A DNA stretch of 64,000 bases from Hydrogenothermaceae bacterium. Lineage in GTDB: Bacteria > Aquificota > Aquificia > Aquificales > Hydrogenothermaceae. Positions 48,837-61,068 of this stretch are shown one piece after another (position 1 is the stretch's first letter; each line of letters opens with the position of its first letter). The notes below the pieces were generated by a model. That model did no database searches, was not told the origin of the DNA, and saw only the letters and a list, made by a program, of their open reading frames with translations. Made by a program: the position numbers and the translations under genes. Location of the stretch: NCBI GenBank assembly GCA_026418455.1, contig JAOABH010000007.1, positions 17,554 to 81,553 on the forward strand, read 5' to 3'.

Positions 48837-49971
48837 TATAGAGGCACAGGATAAGAAGAAAGCTACTTTACTACTTAGAGAAAAAGGTATAAATCCAACA
48901 TTAATCCGTATAAAAGATGATAAAAAATCTTTTAAACTTCTTTCTATTAACAGAGTTTCGGAAGAGGATTTGGCTTTTGCTTTCATGCAAATATATATTT
49001 TACTTAAAAGTGGAATAACATTTACCAAAGCATTAGATCTGGTATCATCACAGGTGGATAATGAGGAGCTTGCTTCTGCTTTTGTTAGAATAAAGTCTTC
49101 TGTTGAGTCTGGAGTTTCAATATCAGATGCTTTCCGTCAAGAAAAAATATTTCCAGAGATCGTGGCTAATATGTTAAACTCTGCTCAAACTGGAGAAAAT
49201 TTAGAACTTATATTTAAGATAGTTTCAGAATATTTATCAAATGTATCACAGATAAAAAGTAGAATAACATCTGCTTTAATATATCCGATAGTAGTAATAA
49301 TTTTTGGAATAATCTCTGTATTCATTGCAACAAATTTCGTAGTCCCTAAGATAGCTTCAGTTTTAACAAGTTTTGGTAAGGACTTACCAGTTATAACAAA
49401 GGCTGTCCTTATACTCTCAAAGATATTTACATTTACTATATTTTTATCTCCTGTATTTATAGCTATATTTTTAGTTAGAGACAAGCTAATTAAAAACACT
49501 GTATATGATAGGTATCTGTTAAACTTACCTGTTATAGGTAAAATTATCCTCTACTTTAATATATCTCGATTTGCAAATATATTATCAATAACATTAAAAT
49601 CCTCCACTCCTCTACCAACTGCTGTAAATATGGCAGTAAACAGTGTGTCAAACAGCTATATCAGATCTAAAATAGATGATGTAAAAAATGAGCTGTTAAA
49701 AGGCAAGTCTTTAACTTATGTACTATCTAAATCTGGTGTTTTCCCACCGTTATTTATAAATCTACTTAAAACCGGAGAAGAAAGCTCAAAACTTGAAGAG
49801 ATGTTGGACACAATATACTCTCTCTATACAAAACAGATAGAAAAAATAATAGATAGATGGATAAAACTTATAGAGCCTATAACTATGGTTATTATAGGTG
49901 GTGTTATAGCTATAATAGTTTTAAGTGTTATACTCCCTATGACAGAGTTATCTACCGGAATTAAACGGTAA
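48787..49971 (+). CDS. gspF: T2SS inner-membrane platform protein GspF
   Basis: MEFYYEGYIQGKKVKGSIEA N-terminus, duplicated GspF domain, three TM segments. Confidence 0.9.
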   Translation: MEFYYEGYIQGKKVKGSIEAQDKKKATLLLREKGINPTLIRIKDDKKSFKLLSINRVSEEDLAFAFMQIYILLKSGITFTKALDLVSSQVDNEELASAFVRIKSSVESGVSISDAFRQEKIFPEIVANMLNSAQTGENLELIFKIVSEYLSNVSQIKSRITSALIYPIVVIIFGIISVFIATNFVVPKIASVLTSFGKDLPVITKAVLILSKIFTFTIFLSPVFIAIFLVRDKLIKNTVYDRYLLNLPVIGKIILYFNISRFANILSITLKSSTPLPTAVNMAVNSVSNSYIRSKIDDVKNELLKGKSLTYVLSKSGVFPPLFINLLKTGEESSKLEEMLDTIYSLYTKQIEKIIDRWIKLIEPITMVIIGGVIAIIVLSVILPMTELSTGIKR

Positions 49972-50001
49972 ATGACAACTTATAACCTACTCTACAACTA
50001 A

Positions 50002-50298
50002 TTACTCTGCCTTTTTCTCTTCTTCTTGGTAATATGTGGATATTGAAGGTTTTAAGACTTTTATAAGACAGCCTTCACAAATTTTAAGTGTAACTGTTTT
50101 GTCTTCTATTGACTTCACCTCTCCTATTATGCCTCCGGTTGTTATAACTTTATCTCCTTTTTTGAGGTTTGCCAAAAACTCTTCATGTTTTTTCCTCTGT
50201 TGTTGCTGAGGTCTCCATAGTAAAAAGTAAAATATACCAAGAAGCATAACCATCCAAACAATAGCACTGATAAGACCACCCATCGGATCACCTTGCAT
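50002..50298 (-). CDS. yajC: preprotein translocase subunit YajC
   Basis: LLGIFYFLLWRPQQQQRKKHEEFLANLKKGDKVITTGGIIGEV. Confidence 0.9.
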   Translation of the reverse strand: MQGDPMGGLISAIVWMVMLLGIFYFLLWRPQQQQRKKHEEFLANLKKGDKVITTGGIIGEVKSIEDKTVTLKICEGCLIKVLKPSISTYYQEEEKKAE

Positions 50299-50320
50299 CT
50301 AAACAACCTCCTATAAAGTT

Positions 50321-50690
50321 TTATAAATTCTTCCTTAAATTAAGATTTAACAGATAAGGTAAGTATAACTTTTTTATCCTATCAAATATCTCATGGCTTG
50401 TTAATTCATCGTATATATGAGAGCTTCTATTTCTATCTTCAAGCATATCTAGAATTATCTCATCATCCTCTATAACTCTCGCTTTAAAAGCTTGTTTTAC
50501 ACAGTCTCTTGGAGAGTTACACTCTATATATTTATTCCTTAAAATCGCTTTTAAAGTCTTCCACAATAGCTCTACTGTAAATTCAAATCTCTGGATAACC
50601 CCATCTTTGTCAAGGTCATCTTTTGCTGTTTCCACAGCTTCTTTTAATCTTTGCAGTGATTTTTCAAAGTTCTCTATCTTAATAAGAGCT

Positions 50691-50704
<14 letters not shown>
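50321..50704 (-). CDS. HEPN-type nucleotidyltransferase substrate-binding protein (HI0074 family)
   Basis: R-x4-H motif DRNRSSHIY; overlaps the upstream MNT gene. Confidence 0.75.
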
Positions 50705-53620
<2,916 letters not shown>

Positions 53621-53673
53621 CTACAGTGAAAATTAGATAAAAATTATACCATTTTCATACTCTAAGCAGTTTT

Positions 53674-53682
53674 TGATATAAT
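53674..53682 (+). promoter_or_regulatory. extended -10 promoter positioned for a leaderless transcript of the Rpn remnant
   Basis: TGATATAAT; the end of the -10 lies exactly 7 nt before ATG 53689. Confidence 0.3.
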
Positions 53683-53688
53683 TTTTCT

Positions 53689-54064
53689 ATGAAAAAAGAA
53701 ACCCAGAGATTAGATATAACCCTTGGAGATGTCATAAAAGCCATACCTCCAAAATAGGAAAGATTACATAACTAAGCTATTGATAACATTAGATTTTAGA
53801 CCTAAATTAAAAAGGTTAGTATTAAAGTTTAAGGAGGAAAATAAGATGCCACTTACAATAACAAGAGAGATGATAGAGAAAGACCCATTTTTTGAAGAAG
53901 GAAAGAAAGAAGGGCTTAAAGAAGGGCTTAAAGAAGGAAAAAAAGAAGATATTGTTAAATTATATACGAAACTCTCATTATCCATAGAAAAGATAGCACA
54001 AGTACTGGATGTTCCAGTAGATTTTGTAAAAGATACATTAAAAGAAAACGGTTATCCGGTTTAA
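53689..54064 (+). pseudogene. internally deleted Rpn/YhgA-family gene remnant (copy 2)
   Basis: 53695-53747 is 53/53 identical to 41131-41183. The sequence then jumps to the equivalent of about 41636 onward (about 80% identity). The N-terminal frame stops at TAG 53755-53757. The C-terminal 94-aa ORF (53780-54064) is retained. Confidence 0.8.
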
Positions 54065-54089
54065 TAAATCATTTATATTTGCTTAACTA

Positions 54090-56546
54090 ATGATAAAAAT
54101 TAAATCTACTGATAAGACCGCTTTTATATATGCCGGAGAAAGGATAAATTATAAACAGGTTGTTGATAATATCAATAAAGTTGCATCTGTCCTTAATATA
54201 GAAAAAGGTGATAGAGTTATTATTTTTTCGGAAAACAGTCCATTTTGGGTTTATTCTCTATTTGCCATCTGGCAGAAAGGTGGTATAGCTGTTCCTGTTG
54301 ATTTTATGAGTAGTAAAGAAGATTTAGATTATTACATATCGGACTGTAATCCAAAGGTGATACTTACTTCAACTGATAGACTACCAGTAGTTAATCAGCT
54401 GTCTAATAAACCTCAGGTTATACAGATAGATAAATTAGAATATGATTTTAAACTTGATAATATAAACTTTACGGAAAATAAAAATAAAAAAGATGATGTT
54501 GCTGTTATACTCTATACATCAGGGACAACTGGAAAACCAAAAGGTGTTATGCTTACTTTTGATAATTTACTTTCGAATATAGAAAGTGTTGAGAAAGTAA
54601 ATATAGCTTCCTCTGATGATAAAACATTGGCAATTTTACCTTTTCATCACTCTTACCCTCTCGTTGTAAGTCTTCTGATACCTCTTCAACTTCAAGCTAC
54701 CATAATCTTTTTAGAAAAATTAACTCCGGAGGATATTATTAAAAAGTTTCAGGATTACAAAATAACTATCCTGATAGGTGTTCCAAGACTTTACAATCTT
54801 TTTCATAAAAGGATTTTTGATAGGATAAATTCAAATCTCATTGCAAAACTACTTTTTAAAATTTGTAAAATTTTAAACTTTCAGCCACTATCAAAATTGG
54901 TATTTAATAAAGTTCATAAACAGTTTGGAGGTAATGTAAAGTATTTTGTAAGTGGTGGGTCTAAACTTGATGTAGAAGTAGCGAAAGACCTATGGGCTTT
55001 AGGATTTAAGGTTGTGGAAGGTTATGGACTTACAGAAACATCTCCTATAGTATCTTTTAATCCTCCGGATAAGATAAAACTTGGTTCTGTGGGTAAAGTT
55101 ATTGAAGGGGTAGAAGTTAAGATAAAAGATCAGGAAATACTGGTAAAAGGTAGGAATGTATTTAAGGGATATTACAATAAGCCAAAAGAAACCGAAGAAG
55201 CTTTTGAAGATGGATACTTTAAAACCGGAGATTTAGGATACTTTGATGAGGAAGGTTATCTTTATATAACTGGTAGAAAAAAAGAGATAATAGTTCTACC
55301 AAATGGTAAAAATATAAATCCAGAAGAGATAGAAAACTACATAATTAAAAACTTTCCAATAGTAAAAGAGATAGCCGTTATAGAAAAAGATGGGCAACTT
55401 TTTGCAATAATTTATCCAGATTATGAGTATATTAAAAAAGAAAAGATAGTAAATCTCTATGAAACTATAAAATGGAATGTTATTGATAAATATAACCTAT
55501 CTGCTGTCCCTTATAAAAGATTAAACGGCTTTACGATAGTAAATACAGAGCTTCCAAAAACGAGACTTGGCAAAACCAGAAGATTTATGTTAAAAGAGTT
55601 TTTACAGAAACAACAGGAAAAAAGAGATATAAAAGAGCCACAGGACGAGATATATCAGACAATAAAAAAGTATCTCCAAAATTACACAAATATAACACCT
55701 TATCCGGACTTCCATATAGAGATAGATTTAGGACTTGATTCTCTTGGAAAGATAGAGTTTTTAACTTTTTTAGAGACAGCCTTTGGTATCACTTTATCAG
55801 AAGATTTTTTAGTAGAGAATCAAACTGTTGAGAAGATATACAGTTTTATAAAAGATAGAATATCAAAGGTAGAAAGTTTAGAGATAGATTGGAGTCGGAT
55901 TTTAAATCAAGATATAAAAGTAGATATATGTGAAAGATGTCTTACAGTTTATATAAAACCTGTTTTAAAAATATTTTTTAAGTTATATAACGGTTTGTCT
56001 GTAAAAGGTGTTAAAAATATTCCTGATATGCCAGTTATATTTGCTTCAAACCATCAGAGTTTTTTAGATGGGTTTTTAATAACAGCATCACTGCCTACGA
56101 ATATCTTAAGTAAGACATACTTTTTAGCAGAGGAAACTTATTTTAAGTCAGATTTTAGAAAGTTTATAGCAAAAAAAAGTGGAATTCTTATAGTAAATGT
56201 AAACAGAAACCTTAGGGAGTCTCTTTTAAAGTCTGCCTCTGTTTTAAGGAAAGGTAAAAATCTGGTTATATTCCCAGAAGGAGCAAGGACAAGGGACGGC
56301 AATTTACTTGAGTTTAAGAAGAGTTTCGCTATTCTGTCAAGAGAGCTTGGTATTCCTATTGTCCCAGTGGTAATAAAAGGTGCCTTTGAGAGCTTTCCTA
56401 TAAACTCAAAATTTCCAAAACCTCATAAAATATCTGTAGAATTTTTGGAGCCAATATATCCAGAAGGAAAAATTTACGATGATATAGTTAAAGAAGTTTA
56501 TAATAAAATAGATAGTAAGTTGAAGATTGGGGTAAATTATGTTTAA
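54090..56546 (+). CDS. tri-domain acyl-activating enzyme: AMP-dependent ligase + carrier-protein-like domain + PlsC-type acyltransferase
   Basis: YTSGTTGKPKGV; LGLDSLGKIEFLTFLE (Ser attachment-like motif); NHQSFLDG (HX4D) and FPEGARTRDG. Confidence 0.85.
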   Translation: MIKIKSTDKTAFIYAGERINYKQVVDNINKVASVLNIEKGDRVIIFSENSPFWVYSLFAIWQKGGIAVPVDFMSSKEDLDYYISDCNPKVILTSTDRLPVVNQLSNKPQVIQIDKLEYDFKLDNINFTENKNKKDDVAVILYTSGTTGKPKGVMLTFDNLLSNIESVEKVNIASSDDKTLAILPFHHSYPLVVSLLIPLQLQATIIFLEKLTPEDIIKKFQDYKITILIGVPRLYNLFHKRIFDRINSNLIAKLLFKICKILNFQPLSKLVFNKVHKQFGGNVKYFVSGGSKLDVEVAKDLWALGFKVVEGYGLTETSPIVSFNPPDKIKLGSVGKVIEGVEVKIKDQEILVKGRNVFKGYYNKPKETEEAFEDGYFKTGDLGYFDEEGYLYITGRKKEIIVLPNGKNINPEEIENYIIKNFPIVKEIAVIEKDGQLFAIIYPDYEYIKKEKIVNLYETIKWNVIDKYNLSAVPYKRLNGFTIVNTELPKTRLGKTRRFMLKEFLQKQQEKRDIKEPQDEIYQTIKKYLQNYTNITPYPDFHIEIDLGLDSLGKIEFLTFLETAFGITLSEDFLVENQTVEKIYSFIKDRISKVESLEIDWSRILNQDIKVDICERCLTVYIKPVLKIFFKLYNGLSVKGVKNIPDMPVIFASNHQSFLDGFLITASLPTNILSKTYFLAEETYFKSDFRKFIAKKSGILIVNVNRNLRESLLKSASVLRKGKNLVIFPEGARTRDGNLLEFKKSFAILSRELGIPIVPVVIKGAFESFPINSKFPKPHKISVEFLEPIYPEGKIYDDIVKEVYNKIDSKLKIGVNYV

Positions 56547-56677
56547 GCTGTTTAACATATTTATGTTTATGAAGTTATCAGACTATACAGAGTTTAAATA
56601 CAAATTATGGGGACACAAAGCCCTTGCTAAACAGATACGGGGAAATAATTAATGAAATTAAAACAGGAGGTTTGTAA

Positions 56678-57163
56678 ATGAAGGATGAGGAAGTTCTTTC
56701 AAAAGTACGCATATTTTTGAGTGAAGAAGGTGTCATAATCCCTAAGGGACCTATAAGGGAGTTTTATTTACAGTTTATAAAGTTGTCCGGTTTCGGTATA
56801 GGTGGACTTCTCGTATTTTCTGGTAAAAAGGCGGGTAAAATGGCAGGCAGTTACATAAAGAACATAGCCGGTAAGATAAATCCTACTATAGAAGAGGTTG
56901 TACCTTACGTGAGTGCCTTTCTTGAGGAGGCAGGTATATGTAAAGTTGAGGAGTATAATGTATCCAACTCTCGTATACTTTTCATGGTAAGAGATTCTAT
57001 ATTTGCTCAAGGTGTGGAAAACAAAAAGCCTGTTTGTATGCCTTTGAGCGGTGCTATGGCAGGTGTGTTTGAAGAAATAACAGGTAAAGAATGGGATTGT
57101 AAGGAAATTGAGTGCCAAGCACAGGGTAAGGAAAGATGTGTCTTTGAGATAAGACTTAAATAA
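56678..57163 (+). CDS. V4R-domain protein
   Basis: C-terminal pattern CMPLSGAMAGVFEEITGKEWDCKEIECQAQGKERCVFEI. Confidence 0.6.
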   Translation: MKDEEVLSKVRIFLSEEGVIIPKGPIREFYLQFIKLSGFGIGGLLVFSGKKAGKMAGSYIKNIAGKINPTIEEVVPYVSAFLEEAGICKVEEYNVSNSRILFMVRDSIFAQGVENKKPVCMPLSGAMAGVFEEITGKEWDCKEIECQAQGKERCVFEIRLK

Positions 57164-57189
57164 TAAGCTTATAAATAAGCACCCTGTTA

Positions 57190-57310
57190 TTCCTTGCATC
57201 AACAACTAGTAAATGGAAGACTTACATTAGGAACTTGGCAGGGAATATTTTTTGCAGAATTTGATGGACCAAGAAGTAGAAAGTTCTATGTAAAAATTAT
57301 AAAGGGATAA
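57190..57310 (+). pseudogene. 3' remnant of a YjbQ/UPF0047-family gene
   Basis: Own translation: ...[39 protein letters not shown]. This is only the last ~40 residues of a family that is typically ~130-140 aa. No start codon or N-terminal part is present. Confidence 0.65.
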
Positions 57311-57314
57311 CTGA

Positions 57315-58259
57315 ATGGGAAAAGTTTATAGGAAAGAAGTTGATCTTCTTCTTAAAGATATAATAAAAAATCCACCACGAAAATTTGTTTTTATGTTGTC
57401 TGGTAAGTATCCATCAAAACTTTTAGATACAGAACTTCCATATATAAGTAATAAAAGAGCAGACTTTGTTATAGAGCTTGAGGATAAATCAATCCTACAT
57501 CTTGAATTTCAAAGTTTCAATGACCCAGCTATGGCTGAAAGAATGTTTGATTATAACTTCCTTATATATAAAAAGACAGGTAATCCGAGAATAAAACAAT
57601 ACTGTATATATGTCGGAAACGAAAAGCTCAAGATGAAAAATAGTATCTCTTTTGAGGATTTTGAGTATAGATATAACCTATTAGATATAAGAGAACTTAA
57701 CTGTATGGATTTGGTTCTCAGTGATAACTTGGAAGATAAACTATTGGCTGCTTTGTGTAACATAAAAGATCCTAAGTTTTACATAAACCATATGAAAGAG
57801 GTTTTAGAACAACTTCCAAGAAAAGAGAGAGAAGATAAAGTTTATTTGCTGATTGAAATAATGAAGTTAAGAGATATTTTAAAAGAAGGAATAAAGAAAT
57901 ATTCGGAGGAAAGGAACATGCCAATAAGGGTAGTTATTGATTTAGACGAGGTTGTAAATGATCCTTGGCTTGGAGAGATAGCGAAGATGGCCATACAAAA
58001 AGGAGAACAGTTAGGAATGGAAAGAGGAATGCAAAAAGGTATGGAACAAGGATTACAACAAGGATTACAACAAGGGTTAATTAAAGATGCACAGGATATG
58101 GTTCTAACCGCAATAGAAACTAAACTCGGATATATTCCAGATTATGTTTCCGAAAAGATAAAACAGATAGAAAATCATCCTTATTTAAAGGATTTGTTAA
58201 AGAAGATTATACTGTCCTCAGATTTAGAAAAATTTTTGAAAGAGGAGTTTAATGGGTAA
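57315..58259 (+). CDS. Rpn/YhgA-family PD-(D/E)XK nuclease (putative transposase), copy 3 (diverged paralog)
   Basis: ADFVIELEDKSILHLEFQSFNDPAMAERMFDY core. C-terminal G/Q/M repeat ERGMQKGMEQGLQQGLQQGL. Confidence 0.75.
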   Translation: MGKVYRKEVDLLLKDIIKNPPRKFVFMLSGKYPSKLLDTELPYISNKRADFVIELEDKSILHLEFQSFNDPAMAERMFDYNFLIYKKTGNPRIKQYCIYVGNEKLKMKNSISFEDFEYRYNLLDIRELNCMDLVLSDNLEDKLLAALCNIKDPKFYINHMKEVLEQLPRKEREDKVYLLIEIMKLRDILKEGIKKYSEERNMPIRVVIDLDEVVNDPWLGEIAKMAIQKGEQLGMERGMQKGMEQGLQQGLQQGLIKDAQDMVLTAIETKLGYIPDYVSEKIKQIENHPYLKDLLKKIILSSDLEKFLKEEFNG

Positions 58260-59139
58260 AATTAATGTTGGACTTATCCAGATGAAACATTCTTATGATT
58301 TAAAAGAAAATTTTGAGAAAAGTATAAATAATATGCAGATTCTTATAAAAGAAGGTGCACATATAATCTCTACAAGTGAGCTTTTTAAATCTCTATACTT
58401 TTGTCAAACTGAAGATTGGGATAACTTTAAGCTTGCTGAGAAGATAGATGAAGACAGCCCTACTATAAGGACTCTATCAAAGATTGCAAAAGATGGAAAA
58501 GTTGTCATAATTGCATCGCTTTTTGAGAAACTTACAGATGGACTTTACTTTAATACAGCTGTTGTGATAGATGCTGATGGTAGGTTTTTAGGAAAGTATA
58601 GGAAGATGCATATTCCGGATGATCCCCACTTTTATGAGAAGTTTTACTTTACTCCCGGAGATTTAGGTTATAAGACGTTTAAAACTAAATATGCAGATAT
58701 AGGGGTATTAATATGCTGGGATCAGTGGTATCCGGAAGCAGCAAGATTAACAGCATTATCAGGCTCTCAGATTATATTCTATCCAACGGCTATTGGTTGG
58801 CTTCCTTCTGAGAAACAGCAGTTTGGGGAAAGCCAACATCTTGCCTGGGAAACTATACAGAGATCTCACGGTATAGCAAATGGTTGTTATATAGTTTCTG
58901 TAAATAGGACTGGCTTTGAGCCAAGTCCTGACGGGAATGAAGGCATAGAGTTTTGGGGACAGAGTTTTATAAGTAATCCTTACGGAGAAATTCTTTATAG
59001 AGCTTCTGTAGATAAAGAAGAGAGTATAATCTGTGAAGTTGATCTTTCTATATTAGATAGTGTTAGGACAACATGGCCATTTTTCAGAGATAGGAGAATT
59101 GACAGTTATCAAAATCTGACTAAAAGGTGGATAGAGTAA
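58252..59139 (+). CDS. aguB: N-carbamoylputrescine amidase (CN-hydrolase family)
   Basis: Glu-Lys-Cys triad context: TSELF, YRKMHIPD, LICWDQWYPE. Confidence 0.8.
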   Translation: MGKINVGLIQMKHSYDLKENFEKSINNMQILIKEGAHIISTSELFKSLYFCQTEDWDNFKLAEKIDEDSPTIRTLSKIAKDGKVVIIASLFEKLTDGLYFNTAVVIDADGRFLGKYRKMHIPDDPHFYEKFYFTPGDLGYKTFKTKYADIGVLICWDQWYPEAARLTALSGSQIIFYPTAIGWLPSEKQQFGESQHLAWETIQRSHGIANGCYIVSVNRTGFEPSPDGNEGIEFWGQSFISNPYGEILYRASVDKEESIICEVDLSILDSVRTTWPFFRDRRIDSYQNLTKRWIE

Positions 59140-60121
59140 CTAATCTGTAAGCTTCTTTTAAAACCTCCTGTGGATTTATCTTTTCCATACATTCGTGGGT
59201 TCCAAGAGGACATCTATTATGTCCGTGGAGCCCACATGGACGGCAATTTAATCCATTGACTTCTATAACTACTCCGTTTCTATATGGATAAAATCCAAAA
59301 TCCTTCACGGTAGGTCCGTATATATCTATAACAGGAGTATTAAAAGCTACAGCCATATGAACAGGACTTGAATCATTTGATATCAGTAATTTTGAATGTT
59401 TTATTATAGAAAAACTTTCCCTGAGAGCTGTTTTGCCAATTAAATCCTCTATTTTTAATTTTCCAAAGGACAGTATCTTATCCATAAAATCTCTATCTTC
59501 AGAGGAACCAATAAAAACTACTTTAAAATCCTCCGATAGTTTCTTTGCAACCTCAAAAAATCCTTTTGCAGTCCATCTCTTTGTTTTCCACTTTGAACCG
59601 GGAGCTATCACTATATAATCTTTTGATGTGAGGTTAAACTTTTTATAGAACTCATCTTCCTCTTCTGACAAATAAATGGAAGGAATCCTCTTTATCTTCT
59701 CTTCACTATACTCCGGGAAAACTTTTAAGAGAGATAGATTCCTGTCTATATCGTGAGTTCCGTCAAATCTATGGGGAACGGTATCTGTGTATAGAAAAGA
59801 GAATCCTGCCTTATCAAATCCAATTCTCTTTGGTATCTTTGATAAAAATAATATATATGAAGCTCTATGGGAACGATGTGGAGATATTGCTACATCAAAC
59901 TTATTGTAAAGTTTTTTTATAACTCCAATAGTTGAATCTCTACTTTTATCAAAAATTATTAAGTTATCTACATACGGATTGTTTTTAAGGACATCTTTAC
60001 CAAAAGGTTTAGTAATAACAGTTAAATTACTTTCTGGAAATAATGATTTTATACTCTCTATTAAAGGTGTAGTAAGGATAAGGTCTCCAAGGAAGGCAGT
60101 TTGGTATAAGAGTATCCTCAT
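59120..60121 (-). CDS. glycosyltransferase family 9 (LPS heptosyltransferase-like)
   Basis: MRILLYQTAFLGDLILTTPLI N-terminus, ...ISNDSSPVHMAVAF. Confidence 0.8.
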   Translation of the reverse strand: MRILLYQTAFLGDLILTTPLIESIKSLFPESNLTVITKPFGKDVLKNNPYVDNLIIFDKSRDSTIGVIKKLYNKFDVAISPHRSHRASYILFLSKIPKRIGFDKAGFSFLYTDTVPHRFDGTHDIDRNLSLLKVFPEYSEEKIKRIPSIYLSEEEDEFYKKFNLTSKDYIVIAPGSKWKTKRWTAKGFFEVAKKLSEDFKVVFIGSSEDRDFMDKILSFGKLKIEDLIGKTALRESFSIIKHSKLLISNDSSPVHMAVAFNTPVIDIYGPTVKDFGFYPYRNGVVIEVNGLNCRPCGLHGHNRCPLGTHECMEKINPQEVLKEAYRLVTLSTF

Positions 60122-61062
60122 TTTTCTATAAATCTACCCATTGAGTAAAACTTCCTGTGTCTGTCTTCTACAAGTTTATCCAGATTTTTATTCTCCGTTA
60201 ATTTCAAATTATCCCTTAACGCTCTTCTAAGTATTCTATACATCTTTTCCGGTTGTAGATGGGCACCTCCAAGAGGCTCTTTTACTATGTAATCTATTAT
60301 TCCAAGCTCAAAAAGGTTTTTTGCTGTTATCTTTAAATTTTCTGCAGCTTGTGGTGCAGATTCAGCAGATTTAAACAAGATAGCTGCACAGCCTTCCGGA
60401 GATATTACTGAGTATATTGCATTTTCAAGCATAAGTATCCTGTCTGCAACTCCAAGGGCTAAAGCTCCTCCACTTCCACCTTCACCTATAACTGTCGCTA
60501 CTATAGGGGTTCTTAAACTTCCCATAGTCATTATACTTTCTGCTATAGCCTGAGACTGTCCTCTCTCCTCTGCTCCTATTCCAGGATAAGCTCCAGGGGT
60601 ATCTATAAAGGTTATTACAGGTCTTTTAAATTTTTCCGCAAGCTTCATAACTCTTATTGCTTTTCTGTATCCTTCTGGATGTGGCATGCCAAAGTTTCTC
60701 TCTATTTTCTCCTTAGTATCTCTTCCCTTTTCGTGTCCGATAATACATACAGGTTTACCCTCAAAGTTTGCAAATCCAGCTATTATAGCTTTGTCATCTG
60801 CAAATCTTCTATCGCCGTGAAGCTCTATAAAATCTGTAAATAGATTGTTTATATAATCTATCGTGTGAGGTCTCTTTGGATGTCTTGCGAGCTGAACCCT
60901 GTCCCATGCAGATAGGGACTCCATCTTTTCCTTAGCTAACTTCTTAAACCTTTTTCTTAATTTAACAACTTCATTAATTAACTGATGTTCTCCTTTTTTA
61001 ACTCTCTCTCTTAGTATAGCTATCTGATCATTTAAAGCCTGTATCTCCTTATCTAAATCCAT
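60118..61062 (-). CDS. accA: acetyl-CoA carboxylase carboxyltransferase alpha subunit
   Basis: RHPKRPHT..., FIDTPGAYPGIGAEERGQ. Confidence 0.95.
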   Translation of the reverse strand: MDLDKEIQALNDQIAILRERVKKGEHQLINEVVKLRKRFKKLAKEKMESLSAWDRVQLARHPKRPHTIDYINNLFTDFIELHGDRRFADDKAIIAGFANFEGKPVCIIGHEKGRDTKEKIERNFGMPHPEGYRKAIRVMKLAEKFKRPVITFIDTPGAYPGIGAEERGQSQAIAESIMTMGSLRTPIVATVIGEGGSGGALALGVADRILMLENAIYSVISPEGCAAILFKSAESAPQAAENLKITAKNLFELGIIDYIVKEPLGGAHLQPEKMYRILRRALRDNLKLTENKNLDKLVEDRHRKFYSMGRFIEK

Positions 61063-61068
61063 CTTCTC

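Noticed and set aside
56563-56652. 29-codon ORF MFMKLSDYTEFKYKLWGHKALAKQIRGNN in the gap before the V4R gene
   Set aside because: No RBS, very short, and no recognisable motif. There is insufficient support to call it a gene.
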